Assembly (NCBI GenBank): GCA_001781445.1
Contig: MFLB01000039.1
Location: forward strand, 1 to 37,177
Length of the DNA: 37,177 nucleotides
Direction: 5' to 3'
DNA from: Candidatus Kaiserbacteria bacterium RIFCSPHIGHO2_01_FULL_58_22
GTDB lineage: Bacteria > Patescibacteriota > Minisyncoccia > Phycocordibacterales > UBA2100
Within the stretch, counting starts at the first letter, position 1, and each line of letters opens with the position of its first letter. Below, piece by piece: positions 1 to 8,856 of the stretch. The position numbers and the translations under genes were made by a program. The notes beneath the pieces were generated by a model. The model made no database searches. It was given only the letters and a program-made list of their open reading frames with translations, and was not told where the DNA came from.

Positions 1-482
1 AGGCCGAGTATGGCGCCCGTGGGATAACAGCCCGGGTTGGCGATAAGGTTCGCCTTCTTTATTTCATCCTTGTGGAGCTCGGGTAGCCCGTAGACGGCCT
101 TCTCGAGATTCGTCTTGTCGGCATGCGACGCTTTGTAGAATTGCTCGTAGACCGCCGCATCTTTCAGGCGGTAGTCGGCGCTCACGTCGATGACCTTCTT
201 CCCCGCCTTGAGGAACATCGGGGCGTACTCTTGCGAGACCGTATGCGGGAGCGAAAGAAAGACAAGATCGGCCTTCTTCACGGCTTCCTCGAAGGAAAAG
301 GCCTTGCAGGGCAGATCAACCTTCCCCATCAAGTATGGGAAGATGTCCTGGATAGTTTCGCTCCTATCTTCTTTGCCCGAGACGTACGTAAGCTCCACCT
401 GCGGATGGTTTGCGAGGATTTTTACGAGTTCTTCCCCCGTGTATCCGGTAGCTCCGATTACTCCTACTTTAGTTTTAGTCAT
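1..482 (-). CDS. argC: N-acetyl-gamma-glutamyl-phosphate reductase (3' end runs off the window; absent from the ORF track)
   Basis: Manual translation from the ATG at 482 gives MTKTKVGVIGATGYTGEELVKILANHPQVEL...VFLSLPH...VIDVSADYRL...YGLPEL...IANPGCYPTG, containing the ArgC NAD-binding and catalytic NPGCY motifs. Confidence 0.95.
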   Translation of the reverse strand, partial: MTKTKVGVIGATGYTGEELVKILANHPQVELTYVSGKEDRSETIQDIFPYLMGKVDLPCKAFSFEEAVKKADLVFLSLPHTVSQEYAPMFLKAGKKVIDVSADYRLKDAAVYEQFYKASHADKTNLEKAVYGLPELHKDEIKKANLIANPGCYPTGAILG

Positions 483-509
483 GTGTTGGATTGAAGTGAA
501 TAATAACGC

Positions 510-534
510 AAAACGGCCTCACCATGAGGCCGCC
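510..534 (-). terminator. Intrinsic terminator (attenuator 3:4 hairpin) upstream of argC
   Basis: Minus strand GGCGGCCTCA-TGG-TGAGGCCG followed by TTTTGCGTTATTATT. Confidence 0.7.
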
Positions 535-573
535 GGAGATTTATGTGGAGAAAACCAAAATCCGCGAACGACC

Positions 574-627
574 TCAAATTGAGACCGCTCGTCCTCGCGC
601 AACGTTCAATGAAATCTTAGCTACCAT
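574..627 (-). CDS. Putative arg leader peptide MVAKISLNVARGRAVSI (17 aa, two CGA Arg codons)
   Basis: ORF from ATG 627 to TGA 574, directly after a promoter and overlapping the alternative hairpins upstream of argC. Confidence 0.7.
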   Translation of the reverse strand: MVAKISLNVARGRAVSI

Positions 628-633
628 GTCACC

Positions 634-661
634 TTTCTATCACACCCCCCAATTCTGTCAA
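634..661 (-). promoter_or_regulatory. sigma70 promoter of the arg leader
   Basis: TTGACA (661-656), 16-nt spacer, extended -10 TGaTAGAAA (642-634), 6 nt before the leader ATG. Confidence 0.65.
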
Positions 662-677
662 TATCCCGCAGTATCCA

Positions 678-1490
678 CTACTCCTTCATCCTATGAACAA
701 TGAGCGTCGCCGGCGTTCTAAAGTCCAGTATACTCTCGATGTTCTCATGGATCGATACTTCGGTATCATCCTTTTCCGCAATGTTTCCAAGACCTTTCTC
801 CAGACCCGCGGAGAGTGCTTCCAACATAAGATTGCGACGCATAGGAGGCATATCTTCAATAACAAATCCGATCGGGAATGTGCGAAAGTAACTGTCCGCA
901 CCGAGGCTATCATACATATTGGAAAAGTACTGCGGTATCTCCTCCATATTTTTGCAGTAATGTGGAAGGCTCCATGTGGCCCATATTTCGTCGAACTTGT
1001 CATACCCGGCGGCATGAAGTTCAGTCAAAAAATCTTTCGAAGTGGGGTCAAGCTGCAAGGAACGATAGTAGCCTGCTGCTTGCCGATGATCAATGATCTC
1101 GTGTGAGAGATAGCGGTCTGCGTTCAGTATCAGCCGTGGCGTAAATCTTGGGTCGGAAGTAAGGTCGCCGAGCGATCTTCCACCGCCAACGAGAAGGATC
1201 CTTTTTCCATTCACTGCTCTTTCGAGACTTAAGAAATCCCGAGCATGTATCCCTAAGAGATACGGCGCAAGCGGAGGTCTCATCTCTCCATGGCTCCATA
1301 CTTTGGTAAACAGTCCTCTATTCACAACGGTGTCTTCGAAGCCGTGCTCTCCGATCGACGAATCATAGTAATCCTTCTTGGCGATCTTTATACACTGTGC
1401 GACCATGGCACGATTTTTCGCCTTTCGCTCCTCGAGTGCACTCCTGGGGCCATCTTTAAATCCTGCAATGCGCTCGTATATCATTTTCAT
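678..1490 (-). CDS. Hypothetical protein, possible class I SAM-dependent methyltransferase fold
   Basis: 270-aa ORF; ILLVGGG resembles motif I, FDEIWATWSLPHY resembles motif II/IV. Confidence 0.5.
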   Translation of the reverse strand: MKMIYERIAGFKDGPRSALEERKAKNRAMVAQCIKIAKKDYYDSSIGEHGFEDTVVNRGLFTKVWSHGEMRPPLAPYLLGIHARDFLSLERAVNGKRILLVGGGRSLGDLTSDPRFTPRLILNADRYLSHEIIDHRQAAGYYRSLQLDPTSKDFLTELHAAGYDKFDEIWATWSLPHYCKNMEEIPQYFSNMYDSLGADSYFRTFPIGFVIEDMPPMRRNLMLEALSAGLEKGLGNIAEKDDTEVSIHENIESILDFRTPATLIVHRMKE

Positions 1491-1536
1491 GATGCTACTT
1501 CAGAGACTTAAGTTTGCCTAGGGCCTCGTTATTCCC

Positions 1537-1726
1537 TAGAACCCATCTCAAAAATAAACGCACTACGAAAATACAAAGTCAGCTTGGCTACTGCGGCCGC
1601 TTCCGCGCGGCTCCGGCGCCGAACGGCTCGGCCTCATCGTGTCGCGGACACGCTTCGGCCTGCGCCGCGGCGCCTCGCTCGCGCGGAAGCGGCCTCGTTA
1701 CGCCATTATTTTTGAGATGGGTTCTA
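1537..1726. mobile_element. MITE-like element with perfect 21-bp terminal inverted repeats
   Basis: TAGAACCCATCTCAAAAATAA (1537-1557) and TTATTTTTGAGATGGGTTCTA (1706-1726); terminal TA could be a target duplication; interior is GC-rich and self-complementary. Confidence 0.8.
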
Positions 1727-1741
1727 CTGTAGTATTGGAAC

Positions 1742-2038
1742 ATAGTCCTCGAAGCGGCGTATTTGCAGGTCAAAAATGGCTCTGAACAAGAGTTCGAGAA
1801 AGCGTTCAAAAAGGCCTCGGCTGTCATCTCCTCCTCCAGCGGCTATGTGTCGCACGAATTGCACCGATGCATCGAGGTTGAAGGAAAGTATTTGCTCCTG
1901 GTTAGATGGAACGAACTCGAAGACCACACCGACGGTTTCCGCAATTCGCCGAACTATCAGGAATGTAAGAAGCTACTTCACCATTTCTATGACCCATTCC
2001 CAACCGTCGAGCATTTCGAACAAATCAGGCTAAAGTAA
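1742..2038 (+). CDS. Antibiotic biosynthesis monooxygenase (ABM) family protein, apparent start codon ATA (possibly decaying)
   Basis: Frame extends upstream of the ORF-track start as I-V-L-E-A-A-Y-L-Q-V from ATA at 1742, which sits 6 nt after a TAGTAT -10; ABM-like motifs YLLLVRW..LEDH..GFR and LLHHFYDPFP. Confidence 0.75.
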   Translation: MVLEAAYLQVKNGSEQEFEKAFKKASAVISSSSGYVSHELHRCIEVEGKYLLLVRWNELEDHTDGFRNSPNYQECKKLLHHFYDPFPTVEHFEQIRLK

Positions 2039-2065
2039 TATCTTCCGCCTCGGGCGTGCCTAATC

Positions 2066-2326
2066 TTATGCGACTTCCTTTCGCTTTATCTTGAGATGTT
2101 GTTCGATTACCCGTATTCGCCCGCGCAAGTCGTCAATTTCTTTCGTTACTCCTTTCAGATTGCCAAACTGCTCCTTAAGAGCATCGAGACGACGATTGAT
2201 CGAGGCTAGCTCGCGCTCAATCGAGGAGAGTCGAGTGTTAACCTCGGCCATCTCCTCACTCGTGGCCATGTAATCCTTGATGAAATTGACGATCTCAAGT
2301 ATCTCCTTCGTCTCACTCTTTGCCAT
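2066..2326 (-). CDS. Small coiled-coil hypothetical protein (86 aa)
   Basis: MAKSETKEILEIVNFIKDYM... with heptad pattern; TACAAT 8 nt upstream of the ATG. Confidence 0.7.
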   Translation of the reverse strand: MAKSETKEILEIVNFIKDYMATSEEMAEVNTRLSSIERELASINRRLDALKEQFGNLKGVTKEIDDLRGRIRVIEQHLKIKRKEVA

Positions 2327-2355
2327 AGGGAGCCATTGTAGCATAACCGCACGAT

Positions 2356-5300
2356 CTAATCCGAGACGATGAGGTTCACGAGGCGGCCCGGCACGACGAT
2401 CGTACGAACGACCTGTTTTCCGTCCAAGCGAGCCGCAACCGCTCCCCGCGCCGCGGCCTCTTGAGCTTCCTTGTCCGCGTCTGCCGCGACGGATGCCTCT
2501 CCTCTCGTTTTCCCGTTTATCTGCACGGCGATGCGCACGGTTTCGTCTTTGAGCTTTGATACGTCGTACGAAGGCCATTTTTCAGTATGGATCGAACGCA
2601 TCTTTCTTGCTCCCCGTTTATCCTTCGTAGCTTTAGCGAAGGAGGACCAGAGTTCCTCGGTCATATGCGGCGCGAAGGGCGCCAATATCTTCAGGAAACG
2701 GACGAACTGGTCTTTGTTGATGCCTTCCTTTTCTGCGACATTCGTGAACGTCATCATCGCCGCAATGGCGGTATTGAACTTGAACGACTCTATGTCACTT
2801 CCCACTTTCAGTATCGTTTTGTGCAATTGCCGCTCGGTCCCCTCGGCTCCTCGCTCTTCGTTGCCTGCCCCGTAGCCATCCGAGCGAAGCGAGGATGTGG
2901 TACTGGGGTTCGCTCGCTGTCCCAGCCGCCACACGCGTTCAAGGAATCGCCGCGCGCCTATCATGCTCTCCGTGCTCCACGCGATCGAATCGGTGAAGGG
3001 CCCCATGAACATTTCGTACATGCGGAGCGTGTCGGCGCCGTAGGCCTTCACGATGTCGTCGGGATTTATCACGTTGCCGTAGCGCTTGCTCATCTTCTTT
3101 CCGTCGGGCGCCTGGATGAGTCCGACGGAGATCAGCCGCATGAACGGCTCGGGAGTGGAAACGACGCCGATGTCGTGCAAGAATTTGTGCCAAAAGCGCG
3201 CGTAGATAAGGTGGCGCGTCGCGTGCTCCGCGCCGCCCACATAGGTGTCTACCGGTGCCCAGTATTTCTCTTTTTTCTTATCGACGAGCGCTTTTTTGTT
3301 GTTCGGGTCCATGTAGCGCAGGTAGTACCACGAAGAACCCGCCCACTGTGGCATCGTGTTGGTCTCGCGCGTACCCGGACCCTTGCACTTCGGACAGCGG
3401 ACGTTGACCCATTTCGCAATACTCGCAAGCGGCGAGTGCCCCGTGCCGGTCGGTTGGTATGAATTCACCTCTGGCAATTTCACCGGCAAGTCCTTTTCCG
3501 GCACCGGCACGACACCACACTTGGCGCAATGAATGACAGGAATAGGTTCGCCCCAATAGCGCTGGCGGGAAAAAACCCAGTCGCGAAGCTTGTAGGTTAC
3601 CTTTGCGCGACCGAGTTTCCCGGTAATAGCTTTTCTTGCCTCTGCGCTCTCCATCCCGCTGAACTCTCCGGAATTCGCGAGTATTCCCTCCCCTTCGTAG
3701 CAGGCGCGGCCATTGATCCGTACCCACGCGATACGCATATCTTCGTGATTGATAAATTCGTCCATTTCTTTCTTCGTGAGCCATGTTATCTCGTGGTCCG
3801 CTTTTTCCTTTTCTGAAACTTGTTCGCAGGTGTCATCATCCAACGTAAAAAGGAACGGGGTGTAGTGAGCAAATGTATTCCATTTTCGAACAACACTGTA
3901 GTATTTGCCGTGGATCGTGCCGCCAAGCTTTCGCACAAGCGAGGTGTGTACATATCCAGTTTCTTCCCGTATCTCTCTTTGCGCTGTCGCGATCGGTTCT
4001 TCTCCCTCATCAATACCACCCGAAACACAGCCTCGCGTATCGGTGGGCTTATAGCGAACCGCAAGGTACTTGTCTTCGGACCAGTGCTTCACAAAGGCGA
4101 GAATAGCCGGTCGGTCGTGAAAGGGTCCGTCTGCGTGTACAGCATCGAGGCCGGTCGTCCGAACAGCGAGAGGCTCGATAACTTCGACGATAGGCAACTT
4201 GAACTTTTTGGCGAATTCGAAGTCGCGTTCGTCGTGCGCGGGGACTGCCATAATGGCGCCCGTGCCGTAGTGCGCGAGCACGTAGTCGGCGATGAAAATC
4301 GGTATTTTCTTTCCCGTCGCTGGATTAACCGCTTCCACCCCTTCGAGCCGCACGCCGGTCTTCTTTTTTTGTTCCGTTATTCGCTCGAGCTCTGTCTTTT
4401 TGTCCGATAGCGCGATATATCGCACTATTTCATCCTCATTCTTCAGCAAACCTTTTTGCTGGATGGCGAGCCGCACCCAAGGGTGTTCGGGAGCGAGCAC
4501 CATGTACGTCGCGCCAAAAAGCGTATCTGCACGCGTCGTAAAGACCGTGATACTAGGCAGAAGAGCGTTCAAGACCATCGGCTCCTCTTTCCCCATGAAG
4601 TGCTTTTCCTCCGCATTTCCTTCGACCAGACGGGCTCCGAGCTCTTTGGCCAGAAATTTGAGATACGGTATCCGCCGAGTGCCCTCTTGCAGATCCGAGA
4701 GAATAACAGAGAATCCCGCAAGCTTTCTGATTCGTGCATAGTCGACGTCCCAATTGAAATGCTTCTGATACGGGCGCTCTACCGCTCCCGGGAATTTTGC
4801 ATTAACGGCTGATGCGACAAGCATGAGACCAGCGATAGGTCTATTGATCTTTTCGAGAACTTTGAGAGCTATCGCTCCGCCGAGACTGTGGCCGACTATG
4901 ATTGTGCGCTCGTCAATGGTGCACGTATCTAACACCTTTTTCACCTGCTCAGTTTCCTTGGGATTCCAGGAATTTGGCAACTCTGGCACTTGCACCTTCA
5001 ATCCCCTTCTCTCCAGCTCCCCATTTAGCCAAGGAATAAAAGCGCCAATCGGGGATTCCTTGTATCCATGCAGGAGTAGATAATTTGGCTTTGGCGCCGT
5101 CGTATTTTCAAATTCAAGCGGAAAATCTATCTCCGCGCCTTCGCTCCGGCCTATCCAGTTGCGCTGTGATTCTTTGATGTGTTCCTGCCATTCGGGAAGA
5201 TGCGATAGGTCATTGAGGAGCCGTTCGGCGTAGTCAGTGATCCGGAGCATCCACTGTCGCATAGGCCTCTTCTCGACGATTGTGCCGCATCGCTCGCAGG

Positions 5301-5823
5301 CATTGCCGTCGAGGTCTTCGTTCGAAAGCCCAGTCTGACATTTCGGGCACCAATTGATGGGTTCGTTCGATTCGTATGCCAGCCCCTTCTCCAGAAGCTT
5401 CAAGAATATCCACTGCGTCCACTTGTAGTACGAGGGGTCGGTCGTGTTTATTTCGCGGCTCCAATCGTAATCGAGGCCGATCGTCGAGAGTTGCTCCTTG
5501 AATCGCGCGATGTTCTTGGCGACGGCGGCGCGCGGATGCACCTTGTTCTGGATCGCGAAATTCTCCGCAGGCAGGCCGAAGGCGTCCCACCCCATCGGAT
5601 GCAAAACGCTATGCCCCGTCATCCGCTTGTGGCGTGCATAGACGTCGGTCGCGATATAGCCCTTCGGGTGCCCTACGTGAAGCCCTTCCCCCGAAGGGTA
5701 TGGGAACATGTCCAAGACATATGACTTTGGTTTTCTAGGATTCTCTTTGGAACGATAGATCTCCTTCTTCTGCCATTCACGCTGCCACTTTTTCTCTATC
5801 TTTTTGTGGTCATACTTCCGCAT
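2356..5823 (-). CDS. leuS: Leucine--tRNA ligase with inserted alpha/beta-hydrolase and Nudix domains
   Basis: MFPYPSG.GLHVGH (HIGH motif), GWDAFGLPAEN, editing motifs TTRADT and GTGAIMAVPAHDERD, SRQRYWGEPIP, KMSKR; 1155 aa. Confidence 0.98.
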   Translation of the reverse strand: MRKYDHKKIEKKWQREWQKKEIYRSKENPRKPKSYVLDMFPYPSGEGLHVGHPKGYIATDVYARHKRMTGHSVLHPMGWDAFGLPAENFAIQNKVHPRAAVAKNIARFKEQLSTIGLDYDWSREINTTDPSYYKWTQWIFLKLLEKGLAYESNEPINWCPKCQTGLSNEDLDGNACERCGTIVEKRPMRQWMLRITDYAERLLNDLSHLPEWQEHIKESQRNWIGRSEGAEIDFPLEFENTTAPKPNYLLLHGYKESPIGAFIPWLNGELERRGLKVQVPELPNSWNPKETEQVKKVLDTCTIDERTIIVGHSLGGAIALKVLEKINRPIAGLMLVASAVNAKFPGAVERPYQKHFNWDVDYARIRKLAGFSVILSDLQEGTRRIPYLKFLAKELGARLVEGNAEEKHFMGKEEPMVLNALLPSITVFTTRADTLFGATYMVLAPEHPWVRLAIQQKGLLKNEDEIVRYIALSDKKTELERITEQKKKTGVRLEGVEAVNPATGKKIPIFIADYVLAHYGTGAIMAVPAHDERDFEFAKKFKLPIVEVIEPLAVRTTGLDAVHADGPFHDRPAILAFVKHWSEDKYLAVRYKPTDTRGCVSGGIDEGEEPIATAQREIREETGYVHTSLVRKLGGTIHGKYYSVVRKWNTFAHYTPFLFTLDDDTCEQVSEKEKADHEITWLTKKEMDEFINHEDMRIAWVRINGRACYEGEGILANSGEFSGMESAEARKAITGKLGRAKVTYKLRDWVFSRQRYWGEPIPVIHCAKCGVVPVPEKDLPVKLPEVNSYQPTGTGHSPLASIAKWVNVRCPKCKGPGTRETNTMPQWAGSSWYYLRYMDPNNKKALVDKKKEKYWAPVDTYVGGAEHATRHLIYARFWHKFLHDIGVVSTPEPFMRLISVGLIQAPDGKKMSKRYGNVINPDDIVKAYGADTLRMYEMFMGPFTDSIAWSTESMIGARRFLERVWRLGQRANPSTTSSLRSDGYGAGNEERGAEGTERQLHKTILKVGSDIESFKFNTAIAAMMTFTNVAEKEGINKDQFVRFLKILAPFAPHMTEELWSSFAKATKDKRGARKMRSIHTEKWPSYDVSKLKDETVRIAVQINGKTRGEASVAADADKEAQEAAARGAVAARLDGKQVVRTIVVPGRLVNLIVSD

Positions 5824-5841
5824 TGGAAAAGAGTATCACAC

Positions 5842-6028
5842 GCGACGTGTGCTCGTAAACCGGCTCATTCCGACACCGCAGGGCGTTGACCCTGCGGGTC
5901 GGAATACACTCCCTGCGCAAAAGCGCAGGGCGTTTCCGCCAATTTCTGACTCCCTGCCCCCTTCGGTGGGCAGGGCTGGGCTCGGGAATGCAAAAGTGCT
6001 CTTTTGCATTTCACTCGCTCTACGTCGC
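5842..6028. other. Multi-hairpin structured intergenic element (ncRNA or repeat element)
   Basis: Closing stem GCGACGT/ACGTCGC encloses four hairpins (5868-5904, 5911-5930, 5952-5975, 5987-6010). Confidence 0.55.
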
Positions 6029-6046
6029 CAGTAAGGAGGCGAGAAG

Positions 6047-6994
6047 CTAGCGCAACGTGGATTTGCTGAACGGCGGATAGCGTTCCGGGTCTATCGTTCT
6101 GTCGAAGCAGACGTCTCCCGCCCCGTGTTGCCACGAATCGCCTTCGATTCCCTTTTCTCCGGGACCGGCCGCAATGGGCCGAACCATGTACGGATCTCCA
6201 ACTCCCTCTTTGTTGAACGTCGCGCAGAGCTTGAATGAGAGCCGCCCGGTGACCTCATACGCGTATGGCTCGCCGCTCTGCGGGTCCACGGGAAATACGT
6301 AGCCTCCGAGAGGGTCTTTGGCCTCTTCGAGCGTGGCGGGAAGCTTTTCTTTCTGTTGCCAATAATTCACGACCTGCCACTGAATGTTTTGCAGATCGCT
6401 CACCTTTTGGCTGTCGAGGCGAAGAAGGCGTACTTCTGCTGGCGATCCAAGGATAAAGAAGCCGGACGCGATCGCCGCGAGGACGACGAGTCCCGCGGCC
6501 ACTCCGACGGTCGTCGCGCGCGAGGGGTTTGCTTTCCAGTATCCGCGCAGATCGGCAAGGAAATGCAGGAACACAGCTCCCGCTACGAGAAGCAAGACAA
6601 TGACTTTAAGGATAAAGCGCGTCGTAAGCTCGCCGCCGAGAAAATAATTGATGAGCGTGATGAGATCGCCGACCAATGCCGCGCCTGCGACAAACACAGT
6701 CAGTACCAGCGCCCATCGTCGGACCCACAGCTCGCTCTTGATGGGTTCGCGCGCGATGTCGGAGCGAATGAAGCGGAGAAGAACGACCGTGACAGGGACA
6801 AGGACGATGAGCGACGCCATCGCGAAGCGTATCCCCCCGGAGAAAGGATCAACATAATATTCGAGCGGATCCGGGTACGTGCGGTCAATGTATTCGAACA
6901 AAAGCGCGATGAACGAGATGACGCTTCCGTAGAGCGCCACCATCGCGCCCGCCCAGAGAAAGAAATCCTTCGGGGTTACCTTGGGTTTGTCCAT
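6047..6994 (-). CDS. Multi-pass membrane protein (DUF5671-like)
   Basis: Likely start MDKPKVTPKDFF at 6994; about 5 TM segments, then a periplasmic domain (R..D.Q..SDLQ.I, DP.SG.PY.Y, F.LCATF). Confidence 0.75.
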   Translation of the reverse strand: MDKPKVTPKDFFLWAGAMVALYGSVISFIALLFEYIDRTYPDPLEYYVDPFSGGIRFAMASLIVLVPVTVVLLRFIRSDIAREPIKSELWVRRWALVLTVFVAGAALVGDLITLINYFLGGELTTRFILKVIVLLLVAGAVFLHFLADLRGYWKANPSRATTVGVAAGLVVLAAIASGFFILGSPAEVRLLRLDSQKVSDLQNIQWQVVNYWQQKEKLPATLEEAKDPLGGYVFPVDPQSGEPYAYEVTGRLSFKLCATFNKEGVGDPYMVRPIAAGPGEKGIEGDSWQHGAGDVCFDRTIDPERYPPFSKSTLR

Positions 6995-7055
6995 ACGGAA
7001 ATAGTAAATGGTTATTAGAAAATAGCAAATGGCAGAGATCAAGAATGCAAGAACT

Positions 7056-7087
7056 CCCCTCCTTCGCGCAAGGCTTCGGAGGGCAAG
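7056..7087. repeat. REP-like imperfect palindrome (CCTTCGC..AGCT(T/A)CGGAGG family)
   Basis: Related copies at 2618-2646 (inside leuS), 25248-25273 and 31738-31765. Confidence 0.65.
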
Positions 7088-7092
7088 CATCA

Positions 7093-8190
7093 CTACGAGT
7101 GCAGGAACTCCATGACGTCTCCGTCTTGCACTACGTATTCTTTGCCCTCGCTCCGGAGCCAGCCTTTCTCCCGTGCCTTTGCAAAAGAGCCTGCTTCAAG
7201 CAGTTTGTCCCAGCGAATGACTTCGGCGCGGATGAACTTGTCGCGGAAATCGGTGTGGATGGCGGCGCCCGCTTCCGGTGCCGTCGAGCCGCGCGCAATA
7301 GTCCACGCGCGGCTTTCTTTCTCACCCGTCGTGAAAAACGAGATGAGATCGAGAAGCTTGTAGCCCGCTTTGATGAGTTCGTCGAGCCCGTCGGCGACGC
7401 CGAGCTCGCGGCGGAAATCCGACTTTTCGTCACTGTGCACGTCGCCAAGCTCGTTCTCGACGCCGGCGTCCACGACGACATACTGCGCGCCGCTCGAATC
7501 GAGAAAATCCTTAAGCTCCCGCCATCGCGGCCCGCCCTCCGCATCAATGTTCAGCGCGCCGCTCTTCTTGTTCAAGACGTAGAGCATGGGCTTCATCGTG
7601 AGCATGTGCAGGGTCTTCGCATTCTCCCGTTCGCCGGCATCGAGCGACACGGAGCGCGCCGGTCTTCCCGCTTGGAGCGCCGGAACGATTTTCCGCAGAA
7701 GGTCGCGCTCGGCGACTAATTCCTTACCTCCCCCCTTTGCATCGCGTTCTACGCGATCGAGGCGCTTCGCGGCGTGCTCCAGATCGGCCTGCACGAGTTC
7801 GAGACCGACGACCTCGATGTCGTAGCGGGGATCCACGGCGCCCGCGACATGATGGATGTCGTCGTCCTCGAATATCCGCACGACCTCCGCTATGGCGTCA
7901 ACGTCCCGGATGTGCGAGAGGAACTGGTTGCCCAGCCCTTCCCCTTCCGAAGCGCCCTTGACCAAGCCCGCGATGTCCACAAACTCGACCGCCGCGGGGA
8001 TCTTCTTTTGCGAACGGGACATTTCGGCGAGCTTGTCGAGACGCACATCGGGCACGGCGACGACGCCGACCGAAGGGTCTATGGTGGCGAACGGATAATT
8101 CGCGATCAAAACGCCCTTCCGCGTCAGCGCGTTAAAAAGCGTCGACTTGCCGACATTCGGGAGCCCGACGATGCCGATACTCAATGACAT
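7093..8190 (-). CDS. ychF: Ribosome-binding ATPase YchF
   Basis: [30 protein letters not shown]-domain IHTDF and [11 protein letters not shown]. Confidence 0.97.
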   Translation of the reverse strand: MSLSIGIVGLPNVGKSTLFNALTRKGVLIANYPFATIDPSVGVVAVPDVRLDKLAEMSRSQKKIPAAVEFVDIAGLVKGASEGEGLGNQFLSHIRDVDAIAEVVRIFEDDDIHHVAGAVDPRYDIEVVGLELVQADLEHAAKRLDRVERDAKGGGKELVAERDLLRKIVPALQAGRPARSVSLDAGERENAKTLHMLTMKPMLYVLNKKSGALNIDAEGGPRWRELKDFLDSSGAQYVVVDAGVENELGDVHSDEKSDFRRELGVADGLDELIKAGYKLLDLISFFTTGEKESRAWTIARGSTAPEAGAAIHTDFRDKFIRAEVIRWDKLLEAGSFAKAREKGWLRSEGKEYVVQDGDVMEFLHS

Positions 8191-8227
8191 CGGCCAATAC
8201 TATGACAAAGTTGCGCTGGAATGAAGC

Positions 8228-8854
8228 TCATGAGGAATGAAGGAGGCGAACGACCTCGGCGTCCTCGACCTGCTCGAAGCGCGCGTAATGCGCGCCGACG
8301 GCGCCCATGAATTCCCCGGGCGGCTCGAGCACGACGACCTCGTCGGCGCCCTCGTCTGTAAGAGCGCGCGGAGATTCCGGCGGAGCGACCGGCACGGCGA
8401 CGACGATCCGCTCCGGCTTTCGCGCTTTCACCGAGCGGACGGCGAGGCGCATCGTGAGGCCCGTCGCGATGCCGTCGTCCACGATGATGACGGTTTTTCC
8501 TCCGATCTCCGCGGCTTTTCTTTCTCCGCGATACGCTCGTATCCGGCGTTCGGCCTCCGCCTTTTGCCGCTCGGTCTCCCCCAGAAGCCACGCCTGATCC
8601 ACCGCCGCCGCTTCCGCCTCGTTCAAGATCTTCGTGCCATGCTCGTCGACAGCGCCTATCGCGTATTCTGGATGAAATGGATGCCCGATCTTGCGCGGCG
8701 CAAGGATGTCGAGCGGAAGCCCCAGCGCCCGCGCGACCTCGAAGCCGACGACGACCCCGCCGCGCGGGAGCGCGAGCACGAGCGCGTTCGTGCCCCGATA
8801 CGCTTCGATTTTCCGCGCGAGCCTCCGGCCTGCTTCTTTTCTGTCCGCGAACAT
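8228..8854 (-). CDS. Phosphoribosyltransferase family protein
   Basis: LALPRGGV and PRPP-binding VIIVDDGIATG. Confidence 0.9.
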   Translation of the reverse strand: MFADRKEAGRRLARKIEAYRGTNALVLALPRGGVVVGFEVARALGLPLDILAPRKIGHPFHPEYAIGAVDEHGTKILNEAEAAAVDQAWLLGETERQKAEAERRIRAYRGERKAAEIGGKTVIIVDDGIATGLTMRLAVRSVKARKPERIVVAVPVAPPESPRALTDEGADEVVVLEPPGEFMGAVGAHYARFEQVEDAEVVRLLHSS

Positions 8855-8856
8855 AA

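Noticed and set aside
123..582. + strand ORFs of 123 and 130 aa
   Set aside because: Antisense to argC and its leader
3710..5110. Inteins or introns in leuS
   Set aside because: No Cys/Ser start with His-Asn end and no homing endonuclease motifs; the inserts are recognisable enzyme domains in an open frame
5842..6028. T-box riboswitch, SRP RNA, RNase P or 6S RNA
   Set aside because: No T-box consensus or terminator, no SRP or RNase P signature, and the fold is multibranched rather than rod-like; left unassigned
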